A DNA stretch of 64,000 bases from Tetramitus jugosus. Taxonomy: Eukaryota; Protista; Heterolobosea. The stretch spans positions 248,001 to 312,000 of the forward strand of contig OW569385.1 in NCBI GenBank assembly GCA_937625935.1, read 5' to 3'. A program made the translations under genes and the position numbers. Numbering within the stretch: position 1 is the first letter of the stretch; each line of letters begins with the position of its first letter. The notes beneath the pieces are model-generated. The model was not told the origin of the DNA. It was given only the letters and a program-made list of their open reading frames with translations, and searched no databases. Below, one piece after another: positions 1 through 11,089 of the stretch.

Positions 1-214
1 TAACCGCCTCAATCCAGCTCGTGACTACCGTTATGTCTCCCTCTCCGAATAATACAAGAGCTGTCATTGTATTGGCCGCCAACTAATGGCGGGATAATCA
101 ATCAACAAAATCATTGAACCAACAACAAAAAATTCAATTTTCACACTCAAAAAACAACAACTCGTGGATACAAACAAACAACCCACCCATCCATCAGATA
201 GAATCATACCAACA

Positions 215-3200
215 ATGGGCAAGAATAAAGCCTCCTATGACGACGAAGATGATGATTTCTCTCTCGCAAAATACATGTCAGCTCCAACAACAACAACAAC
301 AACAAATTTGAACAATACAAGTGATCACATGAAGGATGAAAATGATGATGATGATTTTCCAGAATCGAAACCATTGAGCGATAATGAAAAAGTGAATATT
401 ATGAGACAACAAATGGGATTACAACCCATTGATTCTTCAGTGCAGCAACAACAATCACAACAACAGGGAGAACATCAGTACACGCAACAAGAGATTCGAT
501 CACTTCAAGAGACTCAAAATCTATTCCAGTCTTCTCTGTTTCGCATTGCTGTATGTGTACTCCACAACGATATTATTTTCAAGACTTGATTTTTTTTGTG
601 TGTGTTTTTGTGTGAAAAATGGAAAGAGAGAGAAGATTGCTAATTCAACTCTTTGTTCTCATTTTAGTTTACAGAAGTGTTGAAACAAGTGGGTATTCAA
701 TGGGAGAAGAACAAGAGCATTGAAATTGCATTGCACATGCTCAAGATGACATTGGATTCGATTGACAACAACAACAACAAGAAGGTTGTTGCTGGTGATG
801 ATTTGAATTTTGAACAAGTGTTGGACCAGATGACAACATTATCCACTACCAAATTTGATGATTTGAAAACCGTCTTGTCCAAACAGTCTCTCTCCAGTAA
901 ATCATTGCTCGTTGCACCAGAGAGATTGGACATTATTGGTAGTTACTTGTTGAGATCAGTGGCCAAACCAAATGAACATGTCGATGTAGCATTGACGATA
1001 CCACCAAAGCTATTGAAGAAGAGTGATATCTCCAATCACAAGTATTATGCAATTCGAGCTGCTTATTTATTAATGATTGCAAAGTATTTGTCCAGTGTGC
1101 CCATGTTTGAAAATGTGCAGATTCAGGCATTCAAGGACGACTGTTTGAAACCAATCTTGGTCATTACACCCAAGAGAGATGAGAAATTGGCGCCAAAATT
1201 CACAAAAACCAAATTCAAGATTCGTCTCTTTGTGGCACTGCCTGCACATGTGTTTGGTGATGATGAGACTCAATTGGGCATTGACAAGTCCAATATTAAA
1301 AAGTCAAAGGCGAGTGCAACTCCATACTACAATCACGGTATTTTGGAGGACAAGTACTTTAAGGCTCACTTGGAGACCATTCACGAGTACATGATAGATT
1401 GTACATCGCTTGTTGAATCATCCATTTTGTTAAAGGTGTGGTCCAAGCAACGTGGAATCTATTATTCCTATGATGGTGTCAATGGTTTCCTGTTGACTAT
1501 GCTGCTTGTCTATTTAATGAGTCGAAATCAAATTAACAAGCACATGAGTTCCTTCCAAATGATGAAACAATTGATGCAATGGATTGTGTCTCATGACCTG
1601 TCGAAAAAGGGTGTCTCTTTCTCTCAGGACAGCAAGGCATCCAAGGAACCAATCAAATCATTTGGTCAAGTGTTTGATTGTGTGTTGCTCGATGAAGAAA
1701 ATCGATTCAATATTTTCCATCGTGTTTCCAAGTCTGCATGGCACGAATTACAGCACGAAGCAAGATTGACACTTCAATACTTTGATGATGATCAAAAGGT
1801 TGAGGCCATTCAGGCTCTATTCCTCACAAAGCACAATATATGGCACAAGTACGATGCTCATGTGTGCATTTCCAAGGTGAATAGCATTAAGAAGGTTGAT
1901 ACCTCTGATCACTCTCGGGGCATTGCGATCAGAAAATCAATCATGCATTATCTGACATTGGCATTTGGTGAACGTATTCAATATTTGCGATTGGTGGACA
2001 ATGAAACAATTCAAAGCTCAGTAGTTAAGAAGGGACAAGTATTGAACCCAAAGGACAACATTATCATTGGATTGATGCTTAACAAGCAATGGGATGAGAC
2101 GATTGTTGTTGGCCCAAGTCCAACTCTGAAGAAGGAAGCCGAGGCATTTAAGGATTTATGGGGTGAAATGTTCGAAGTGAAAACACTAGGAAATGGTAAA
2201 ACTGTGTTGGCAGCCGAGTTTGATTTGTCAGACAAGCCAAAACTTTCAATCTTTGAAGAGATTGCCAAATTTATTCTGCACGCGCACATGAAGGTTCAAA
2301 AGTCGCGAGTTAGCTTGCTTGCATTGGAATCGTTTGGTGGAATGATCGCAAACACAACTGATCAAATAATTATCAAGAGAAAGATTGTAGAAGCATTTGA
2401 ACGCGTGAAGGAATCATTGACTGAAGCAGATATCAATTTATCTATCAAGGATGTTTCTTTTGCGTCACCAGAGCCGTTGAATTTATCTCTCAAGGAAAAC
2501 CTTGTGAATGAAACGATTCGTAGTGTCGAGCAGAGAACTTTCAAATTCAAGTATCCAGAAGAGGACGATGTTCCTTCAAGTCTGAGCGAGCACTCTGTGT
2601 TTGTGACACCGATTAGACTAATCATGGAGTTTTTCGATAATTCAAATTGGCCTGATAACGTAACAGCTTTACAGAGGTTGAAGCAATTGATCTATATCAA
2701 ATTGAGCGAATTGTTGCAATCTGTGAGATTATTAAGTGTTCCAAACTTGAATTGGATCGATATTTTGTGTCAAGGATATGCATTTAGAGTGATCATTTGT
2801 CTTCCAAAGGAAATTCAAGTGTATAAATCGACTGGCAACGCAATTGATCCAAAATTAATTGCAATGGAAAAAGCTCTCATTCATATTCCACAACACTATA
2901 AGCATATTTCGATATTTACGAACAAATTCGCTGCTTACGCTGGTGCTGTTCAGTTGGCCAAACGTTGGGTGAATGCTCATTTGTTTAGTGACTACATCGA
3001 AGAACAACTCATTGAGCTTCTCGTAGCTTATGTGTTCGCGTCACCTTATCCGTATGAGGCTCCTCAAACACCAATCTGCGGTTTCATCCGATTTATCTCT
3101 CTGCTCAGAACACATGCATGGAACAATACGCCACTGTGTGTCAATTTTGTGTTGGAGGATGACGCAAAAGCCAAAGAAGAAGGCTCTTTCGCTGAAGCTG

Positions 3201-4048
3201 TTCGAGAAGAATATAATGCTTTACCAACAAAGCCTGCCATGTACGTTGTGTCATCACACAGCAAACAATTGAAGAATATTTTCTCAAAGGGACTCGATGC
3301 GATGATCGTAAATCGATTGGTGCTCTGCGCCAGGAACAGCGAACAGCAAATTATCAAGATGTTTACCGATCAACTTGAATTCGAGGATGAAAGTGAATCA
3401 TCTACATTCTTTGAGCCAAACTTGGACGTGTATGATGTGATTGTCCATATTAACCAAGCATTTATCACAGACAATAACGAACTTGTGAATGAAAAGGAGT
3501 ACAGGGAGCAAATGAACATTAAGAAGCAAAAATCAGAGAATATCACTCTTGGCGAATTATCGATTGGATTTGATCCAATCTCCATGTATGTTAACGATCT
3601 GCGAAAGAGACTGGAAGATGTGGGTCTTATTTTCAGAAATTCTGCAAGAAATGACATCATTGCCATCGTATGGAATCCAACTGCGTTCTTGCCGAGCTCC
3701 TTCAACATGACCAAGACAACGGGCATGTTCCCACTGGAACACACACAATGCACAAAGGTTATACCCAATGTGTTTGAACTGTTGCACGATATCAAGAATT
3801 TGGGCAAGGGATTAATTGAAAAAGTTGAGATGGTCAGCAAGTCTCAAAAGCTTCCAAAGCTCTCCATTTCCTTCGAGTCTCAACAAACCAACGAAGTTAG
3901 TGTGACACCTGCGCAACAAACAACAGAATCAGAAGACACAACAAGCGAACAAGTGCCGTCTGAGGAGGAAAACAAGTCAACAAAAGGCAAGAAGAGAAAG
4001 GCATCCCAAGAACCAAAGACCAAAAAGTCAAAGAAGTCAAAGAAATAA
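215..4048 (+). CDS. NOL6: Nucleolar protein 6 / Utp22 (Nrap family), U3 snoRNP component; 2 exons
   Basis: ATG at 215. Phase-0 intron 551-667 (GTATGT...GCTAAT...TTTTAG) joins LFRIA to FTEVLKQV. Nrap-like motifs: IIGSYLL, LLKVWSKQR, NWPD..A, AKRWVNAHLFS, IGFDPI..Y. Lys-rich C-terminal tail. Confidence 0.9.
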
Positions 4049-4424
4049 AATAACTTCAACCATGACCACGAATACAACTGATTGAGCTTGATTGATGAAC
4101 ACGCAAGCTCCTCTGAGAAGGATTTCTCATGAAAAATAAAGGAATCTTCAACCCCAGCCGAAAGGCAATTTCACAATTCTTTGAACATCGAACACAAACC
4201 AATCTAGAGATTGTACGCAATTGTATCATATCGGAAATGTTATGAGCACCGCATTTCCTTTGGCGCAATGATTTGAGCCTCTCGCACTTTCCTCAATATT
4301 TCGCTTCGGAGACTAACGACAGGAATTCATAAGAAGCTGATTGACATTTTTCACAACCACCAACAGAAAGCAAAAGCAAACAAACAAACCCAACATATTT
4401 TTACACATATATTCTGAAGACAGA

Positions 4425-5531
4425 ATGACAAGCAAACTATTCACTCCAATTCAAGTCGGTAGATTGGCCCTCAAGCACAGAGTAGCCCTCGCTCCTCTGA
4501 CAAGATCAAGAGCCACCATGGAAGGCAATGAAGCCAACCCAAAGCTCGCACCACTGTACTATGGGCAGAGAGCATCCGAGCCAGGAACTCTCATTATCAC
4601 TGAAGGCACTCAAGTCAGTCAACAAGGTGGTGGTTATCTGAGAACACCTGGAATTCACACTGCTGAACAGACGAGTGCATGGAAGAATGTCGTATCGGCT
4701 GTACATGACAAACAATCACTGATTGCTGCTCAATTGTGGCACGTTGGTCGCTTGAGTCACTCTTCTTTCCAAGCAAACAATGAATTGCCAGTTGCTCCTT
4801 CTGCCATTGCCTCCACTGCAACTGCAATGACCAAGAATTTTGAATTTGTACCATATGAGACACCCATAGAGCTAACTATTGCTGGAATTCAGGAAATTGT
4901 AGGTGATTTTGTGAAGGGAGCAAAGAATGCAAAGGATGCTGGTTTCGATGCCATTGAAATTCATGGTGCCAATGGTTACTTGGTCGATCAATTTATTCAG
5001 GATGGAACAAACAAGAGAGAGGACAAGTATGGTGGATCCATTCACAACAGAATACGTTTCTTGTTTGAGATTTTGGATGGTGTACAGGCTCATTATTCAT
5101 TGGATCAGATTGGTGTTCGATTGGCTCCTTGGGGCAACTTTGGAGGTATCAGTGACTCTGATGCATACACTACATTTACTACGCTGGCAAAGGAATTGAA
5201 CAAGAATTACAAGGATCTTGCTTACTTGCACATTGTTGAGCCAGGTACAGGAGATGGATCAGATGGCAAGTTTGAAGCACAACAAGCATCCAAGGCAATT
5301 CGACCAGTGTACAAGGGAGTGATGATGTCAGCCAATGGTTACAATGGTGAGAGTGCAAAGAGAGCAGTAGAGGAAGGAAGGACTGATATGGTTGCATTTG
5401 GCCGATCATTCTTGGCCAATCCAGATCTCCCAAAGAGATTAAAGAATGGTCTACCGTTGAACGAACCAAAGTATGACCTCTTCTACACGGGAGAAGAAAA
5501 GGGTTATGTTGACTATCCATTCCACGAGTAA
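4425..5531 (+). CDS. Old yellow enzyme / NADH:flavin oxidoreductase (NemA-like alkene reductase)
   Basis: LFTPI.VG.L.LKHRVALAPLTRSR, QLWHVGR, active-site EIHGANGYLVDQF, FGRSFLANPDLP. First ATG at 4425. Confidence 0.93.
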   Translation: MTSKLFTPIQVGRLALKHRVALAPLTRSRATMEGNEANPKLAPLYYGQRASEPGTLIITEGTQVSQQGGGYLRTPGIHTAEQTSAWKNVVSAVHDKQSLIAAQLWHVGRLSHSSFQANNELPVAPSAIASTATAMTKNFEFVPYETPIELTIAGIQEIVGDFVKGAKNAKDAGFDAIEIHGANGYLVDQFIQDGTNKREDKYGGSIHNRIRFLFEILDGVQAHYSLDQIGVRLAPWGNFGGISDSDAYTTFTTLAKELNKNYKDLAYLHIVEPGTGDGSDGKFEAQQASKAIRPVYKGVMMSANGYNGESAKRAVEEGRTDMVAFGRSFLANPDLPKRLKNGLPLNEPKYDLFYTGEEKGYVDYPFHE

Positions 5532-6074
5532 AAATGTTCATTATGCACATGCAAAAGAATCGCCAAAATTGTAAATCGAACCTGAATTCAAGTTCAATGG
5601 GTGTCAAATCCCACATCGAAATCGGGGAATGAATGAAAAAACACTGATGATAAAAACACCCACAGAAAACCAACTGAGCTCAATTCAACAACAACAAGCA
5701 ACAATATTACTGATTATTTCGTCGTAACTGCCTCACAGTTCAGAGTCACAAAGTGGCTCGTGGGATTACGCTCTATTCCGAGTTGTGGTCCCATTTTCAT
5801 TCCAATAACAGAAGAATTTTTCTGAGACTCACAGCTTGCTTCTGCGAACAGTTGATGGCATAAAGAAGTGTCAGATCATGTGACGAACATGCATTGTATA
5901 AAGGTGGAACTCAGCAAGAATGATCTGATCGATTCTTGTACTGCATATCATCAAAGTGAATGAGATCCAGGTACAGCAACCAAGCACCCTCTGTAATTAC
6001 CTCGAATATAGACCAAGTTGCCATTGGATCTGTTGCTGGTTCTCTTTTATTGTACTGATAAAGTATTGATCCTG

Positions 6075-6935
6075 TCACTCGCCATCCATGCCATAAAGAG
6101 CTATCGAACTGGACTCGCAAAAATCGATCACCTTCTTTTTAAAGGCATTGTCTCTTCGGCTACGATACCAACGAAGTGTGTGAATACCCTTCAAGAAAAG
6201 GAATCCTTTCTCTGTGATGGACTCTTGATTACAACCATCCAGTGTAAGACTCTGGATGCCAGTCAAATACTGAAATGCATTGTCTGTGATGCCCGTACAA
6301 TAACTCATATTAAGTGTGTGAATACCAACCAAATTAATAAAAGCATTATCGGTGATATGTTTGCAATCAGCTATAGAGAGTGTGTGAATGCCAGCTAAAT
6401 AAGTGAAGGCATTGTTTGTAATTTTCTCACAACCACTCATGTAGAGCGTGTGAATGCCAGACAAGTAAGAAAATGTCTTGTCTGTAATTTGTTTGCAACT
6501 ACCGATGTGGAGCGTATGAATGCCAGCCAGATGAACAAACGCATTGTCTGTGATTTGTATGCAGCCAACCATAGAGAGCGTATGGATACCAGTCAAGTGA
6601 GCAAAAGCACTGTCCGTAATCCGCTTGCAACCACCCATAGAGAGCGTGTGAATGCCTTCCAAATATTGAAAATGCTCATCCACCACATTCTGATGCAGGG
6701 TCAAGTAAACGTTAAACAGTGTTCCTTTTCCTAATCGAAACCAGTGTTCAATTTCTTTCTCTTCCAAACCTCGTTTTAGTCTTCTCCTCTTGTTGGACAT
6801 GAGCCATCGATTAAATTTAAATTGATTGATTCCTTTGCAAGTGTAACTCAATTGCAACCATTCTCGAGTGTCACAAAACTCAATGACTTTTGACCAGGTA
6901 TCCGGGCAAAGATCAGAACAAATTTCAGTGATCAT
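6075..6935 (-). CDS. F-box-like protein with 22-aa cysteine-containing leucine-rich repeats
   Basis: N-terminal F-box-like segment DLCPDTWSKVIEFC...LSYTCK. Seven full and one partial LxGIHTLxxxxCxxITDxAFxx repeats. First ATG at 6935. Confidence 0.8.
   Translation of the reverse strand: MITEICSDLCPDTWSKVIEFCDTREWLQLSYTCKGINQFKFNRWLMSNKRRRLKRGLEEKEIEHWFRLGKGTLFNVYLTLHQNVVDEHFQYLEGIHTLSMGGCKRITDSAFAHLTGIHTLSMVGCIQITDNAFVHLAGIHTLHIGSCKQITDKTFSYLSGIHTLYMSGCEKITNNAFTYLAGIHTLSIADCKHITDNAFINLVGIHTLNMSYCTGITDNAFQYLTGIQSLTLDGCNQESITEKGFLFLKGIHTLRWYRSRRDNAFKKKVIDFCESSSIALYGMDGE
6170..6662 (-). repeat. Coding tandem repeat, about 66-bp unit (LRR array)
   Basis: GTGTGAATGCC/GTGTGAATACC-type cores recur about every 66 bp on the + strand, matching the GIHTL repeats. 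Confidence 0.85.
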
Positions 6936-7200
6936 GGAGGGCACTTTGGCGATAATTGTGGTTCCAAACAAAAATGTTCCATTGGGCGCAATCCCTCAAG
7001 TTCCACAAAACCATAATAAAACCGGACCATTACATCCTTGCCATCTCTTTTGTTGCATCTCAGGCCATGAGTGCTAAGCAACCACTACAGCAATTTTCCT
7101 TATTCACTGTCAAGAAAAATCCCGCGAGGGGTGGTTACTGTTTTGTGCTTTGAAACTCGGTCACCTTTCTGGTGAAATAACTCAATTTCACTTTCTGGGT

Positions 7201-7320
7201 GTCTACGTTCATACAATGGTGGAACCACCTCTTCCCATTTCGAATAGAGAAGTTAAGCACCATCTGGCTGAGTTAGTATTGAGATAGGAGACTACTCGAG
7301 AACCCTCAGTAATGTAGGCT
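7201..7320 (+). rRNA. 5S ribosomal RNA gene (solitary copy)
   Basis: GTCTAC...CATAC start, GAAGTTAAGC (box A region), GTTAGTA, GGAGAC...GAA, 3' GTAGGC pairing with the 5' end (helix I), ATGGTG/CACCAT helix II. About 120 nt, followed by TTTT. Confidence 0.93.
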
Positions 7321-7323
7321 TTT
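7320..7323 (+). terminator. RNA polymerase III oligo-T terminator of the 5S gene
   Basis: TTTT immediately after GTAGGC. Confidence 0.7.
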
Positions 7324-7386
7324 GCTTTGGTTTTAGGGAACTATGAACTTTATCAATTTGTTTACAAAACGCCAGTTGTTTGGCAT

Positions 7387-8526
7387 TCAGTGGATTCTTG
7401 GTGCATGAGCAATATCGGGCAAGCCGGCATAAACCATGAGTTCAAAGCCACACATGTCTGTCCCTCTGAGGAATTTGAAGAAGCCTTGCATGCCCCACCT
7501 GGTGCCCCAACCTATTCACATTGAAAAACACCATGTTAGACGACAAAATAACAAGCAACATATGCCACACGACTACGATTACATACTGTTCGCAACCAAC
7601 CAATAAGGTAAACCAGATTCACTATCCACACCATAACCAATCACTCTCACAGCATGAACGCCCATATAACCGCCAGAAACATGTCTGTACACACCAGAAC
7701 TATAGCTCATAAAATCACCAAACACATTGAACAGAGCATCAACGGGACCATTGGTCACCAACTCCTTTTGAATTACTTCAGCTCTGTGAGCTGCCTTGTC
7801 CAAATAGTTTCCAATATGCGAGTACTTGCTCACCTTGAATCTGAGTTGATCCATCTTCCATTCCTTACCGTAGCATGTCACATTCTTTGGACATGTACCA
7901 CCTGTTCCGGTTTGTCCCGACGTATAAGGCAAACACTCATCAGGAACAATACCGTACTTTTCCAACTCTAAATACACGAGTTGAGATGGACCACCACTGC
8001 AATGGAATGTCAGAGAACTACAACTTACCAAGTCCTGAGCAGACAAAAGCACATTAATCGTACCGTTGGAATGAATACAGAAACGATCAGACAAAATACC
8101 AGAGGAAGCAAAGCTATAGCAACTACCACAGTTGCCTTGATCACGAATTGGATGAATGCACTGTGGCCATTGAACTCTTGAGTCAAACTCTGAGGGAAGG
8201 CCATTGGAATTTCCAATCACTGGAACTGACGGAATCACTCCGCTTTCTCTCTGTAGTTGCTGTTCGCGCCGTTGTTTTTGGAGGGATTCCCAAAGAGCAA
8301 CAGGCATATCAGTCTTGTGCATAAACAAACGATCTCTTGCTTGCTGGGCACTCCAACGAGCAAATGGAGATTGATCAACAGTCTCAACTGCCTTCCATCC
8401 ATGCTTTGGGTTACTATTGATGAAATCGAGCATGGATTGGTCAATGACCTGGGCAAAAACGATTGATGCAGTGCATAGCACAAAAAATCCAAGCAGTAGG
8501 CACAAGGTCAGGTATGAATGTCTCAT
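7387..8526 (-). CDS. Cathepsin B-like papain-family (C1A) cysteine protease, secreted/lysosomal; 2 exons
   Basis: Signal peptide, [22 protein letters not shown] (catalytic Cys), HAVRVIGYG. Intron 7586-7512 (GTATGT...AATAG) restores [19 protein letters not shown]; stop at 7387. Confidence 0.92.
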
Positions 8527-8820
8527 TTTTTTGATGCAGATGTTTTTTTTTTTCTCTGCGACTCATATTGGAACAGGGGAGGAGAAATCAAGGTTGCATC
8601 ATCATGAAAAATACGTATTTTATTTGTTGCCACTGAATTGCATCACAGAAACCTCAAGTTAAAGATCACAAGTTGTGCTGGAGGTTATCAAATTGCTTGC
8701 TCACGTCTCGAAGTTATCAAATTGGATGTGAAAATGCGCGTGACCGTAGATGGTGGATTCCGGAAAAAAGCTAAAGAATAGTTCGACAATTTGTTCGAAC
8801 TGTCAGGTTCAAACAACAAG

Positions 8821-9402
8821 ATGCTGCGACAACGATATCACTTGCTTTTCCACACGTTCACGAATCATGTGTGCCCTACTGATGCCAGACACAGCATTCT
8901 CGCGTTCTCTTCTTTGTTCAACAACATTCAGAAACGTCATGTCAACTGGTGGAGATCACCAACGGAAGACACAATCCCCAAAGAGACTGTTGATGCCTTC
9001 TACTCGGCCATGGAGAAGACAAGCTTCCATTTTCACAAGATCTGCCCGTATATCAAATTCGGCCGTCCAGGTATTTACAAGCTCACGAACAACAAGAATG
9101 GAATGATCTATGTGGGCATGAGTGTGAACATGTACTTTAGAATCAAGCAACATGTGAAAGACGGATTCAATTACAAGTATGCTGAGCTAAAGACGAATCA
9201 AGGAAGGTTCAGTCTGGTGAGCAAGGGTATTGCAGAGAGTGATTTTGATTTTCGGTTCGATGTTCTGGAAGTGGTTCCTCGGAAGGGCAACTTGTGGGAC
9301 GATAGAGAACTAAAGAAGATACTGAAAGCCAGAGAAACATATTACATTGAAAAACTACGGCCCTATGAAAGAGAGATTGGATACAATGTCGTCAAACAGT
9401 AA
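8821..9402 (+). CDS. GIY-YIG endonuclease (I-TevI/homing-endonuclease-like catalytic domain)
   Basis: PGIYKLTNNKNGMIYVGMS..MYFRIKQH, F.FDVLEVV, catalytic RETYYI and C-terminal GYNV. Confidence 0.85.
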   Translation: MLRQRYHLLFHTFTNHVCPTDARHSILAFSSLFNNIQKRHVNWWRSPTEDTIPKETVDAFYSAMEKTSFHFHKICPYIKFGRPGIYKLTNNKNGMIYVGMSVNMYFRIKQHVKDGFNYKYAELKTNQGRFSLVSKGIAESDFDFRFDVLEVVPRKGNLWDDRELKKILKARETYYIEKLRPYEREIGYNVVKQ

Positions 9403-9517
9403 AATCACGTGGTGCATTTCCCAAAAAGAACTTAAAGTTCGCTCTTGTGTTGGAAAATTGAGTACCTCACCTGAACCAAAACACGAAAAAAACTAACTCA
9501 CAAACACCTGCAGTGAC

Positions 9518-11089
9518 ATGTTGTTTCCATTAGTTATTGAAAATATTGAAGATATTCGTGCTTGCATTGGCAATGACACTGATTTTGTCATCAAAGAGAA
9601 AGGTCCGTTCATCTATGTGAATTACAAGAGAATGACAACTTCCACATTTCCTGAACTCTTCAAGACAACAGGCAATCTGGTTGATTCCTCACAGTACACT
9701 CAGAAGGAATGGAACTATAGAAAGATGAGAAGAGAAATGAGAGGACTCGTGTTGGACAAGGCCTCTGGTGGCATTGTTGCTCGTAGCATGCACAAATTTT
9801 TCAATATCAACGAGAGAGAGGAGAGCTCAGCCGCGTTCATTCAGAAAATGATTTCAGAGAATCCTGAGATGCAAGTTACAGTGCTTGAAAAGTTGGATGG
9901 ATCGTTGACAAGTGCGTTGCTAGTTCCTGTCGAAGCTCCTACAACTGATGATGAAGAACAATCTCACAAGGATCGCTTGTATCAATTGCGTTTCAGATCA
10001 AAGATGGGATATGAAAATGATCACACGGACAGTTTGGAGGAGTTTCTAGGTATTGAAAAGCTATTACACACGATTCGGTATCGATGGAATGAATCAACAT
10101 CAAAGTATGATATGATACAGTTGGATGAGTCGGTAGAATTTCCAGTAGAGGTGAGAAATCTATTTGACTTCTGTACCGAATGGATTGGAAATGGATATAC
10201 TTGCCTATTTGAATTCTTCTCTCACGAGAATAGAGTCGTTGTGGACTATGATGAGCCTTATTTGAGCTTGTTAGCAATTCGAGACACTAGAAGTGGTGTT
10301 TACATACCACATGATCAAATGGTGGAAACAGCTCAAAAGTATGGCATTCCTCATGTGAGATCTGTTCCTTGTGACGAATTTTCAAAGAATAGAGATACCA
10401 TGATTAGTGATCTACTCGAGTATTGCTACAAGCAGGAACGAATTGAGGGATATGTTGTTAGATTGACAGATAGGTCGAATCCAACTTGGACTGAAATGTA
10501 CAAGACAAAAACAAAGTGGTATTCAGATATTCACCGAGTTAGAGAGCTTATAGCACTGAACAACATGTCAGAACATTATGTTTGGGCATTAGTGATAGAT
10601 AATTGTGTTGATGACGCATTGCCTACACTCAGAAGTGAGGAAGACAAGGAAAAACTGATGAAGTTCAGTGACACATTATCAAAATTGATCACATCTGCTG
10701 CTGATGAGATGGAAAAGGAAATCAAAAATGCAAGAGAGCAATCAAAACTCGATGATGAACTCAAAGACACATCCTTTGACATGAAGATATTTGCCAAGTA
10801 TGTCGCACAAGTTGAAAAGAGGAGAGGTTCTTCCTTTGCCAAGTGCATGTTCAGAATCCACAAGGACATGCTTTACTCACCTGACGCTTCTGTAGAAGAC
10901 TTGGTTTGTAAGATTCTAAAGGACAAGGCACAGAAATCGATACCGGATTGTCAGTCATTCCTTGGTCAAAAGATTCAGTTTTATGCTGAAGACGACAAGA
11001 AGAAGACAAGAGTTGGTTATGTTTCGAGACGTAGACAAAGACAACAACAATCTGAATCAGCCCAGACAACACAAGAGCAGACACAATAA
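9518..11089 (+). CDS. ATP-dependent RNA ligase, T4 Rnl1 family
   Basis: REMRGLV, HKFFNINE, motif I EKLDGS, RSKMG, TCLFEFFSHENRVVVDY, LLAIRD, motif IV EGYVV, motif V YKTKTKWY..IH, all collinear with T4 Rnl1. Confidence 0.88.
   Translation: MLFPLVIENIEDIRACIGNDTDFVIKEKGPFIYVNYKRMTTSTFPELFKTTGNLVDSSQYTQKEWNYRKMRREMRGLVLDKASGGIVARSMHKFFNINEREESSAAFIQKMISENPEMQVTVLEKLDGSLTSALLVPVEAPTTDDEEQSHKDRLYQLRFRSKMGYENDHTDSLEEFLGIEKLLHTIRYRWNESTSKYDMIQLDESVEFPVEVRNLFDFCTEWIGNGYTCLFEFFSHENRVVVDYDEPYLSLLAIRDTRSGVYIPHDQMVETAQKYGIPHVRSVPCDEFSKNRDTMISDLLEYCYKQERIEGYVVRLTDRSNPTWTEMYKTKTKWYSDIHRVRELIALNNMSEHYVWALVIDNCVDDALPTLRSEEDKEKLMKFSDTLSKLITSAADEMEKEIKNAREQSKLDDELKDTSFDMKIFAKYVAQVEKRRGSSFAKCMFRIHKDMLYSPDASVEDLVCKILKDKAQKSIPDCQSFLGQKIQFYAEDDKKKTRVGYVSRRRQRQQQSESAQTTQEQTQ

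Noticed and set aside
51-92. Two small adjacent hairpins (AATACA/TGTATT, CCGCCA/TGGCGG)
   Set aside because: Only 6-bp stems at the window edge; more simply promoter sequence of NOL6.
9454-9461. AAAATTGA (mimivirus early-promoter motif) upstream of the RNA ligase
   Set aside because: The same 8-mer precedes host-type genes (11227, 15486) and is expected by chance in AT-rich spacers, so it is not evidence of viral origin.
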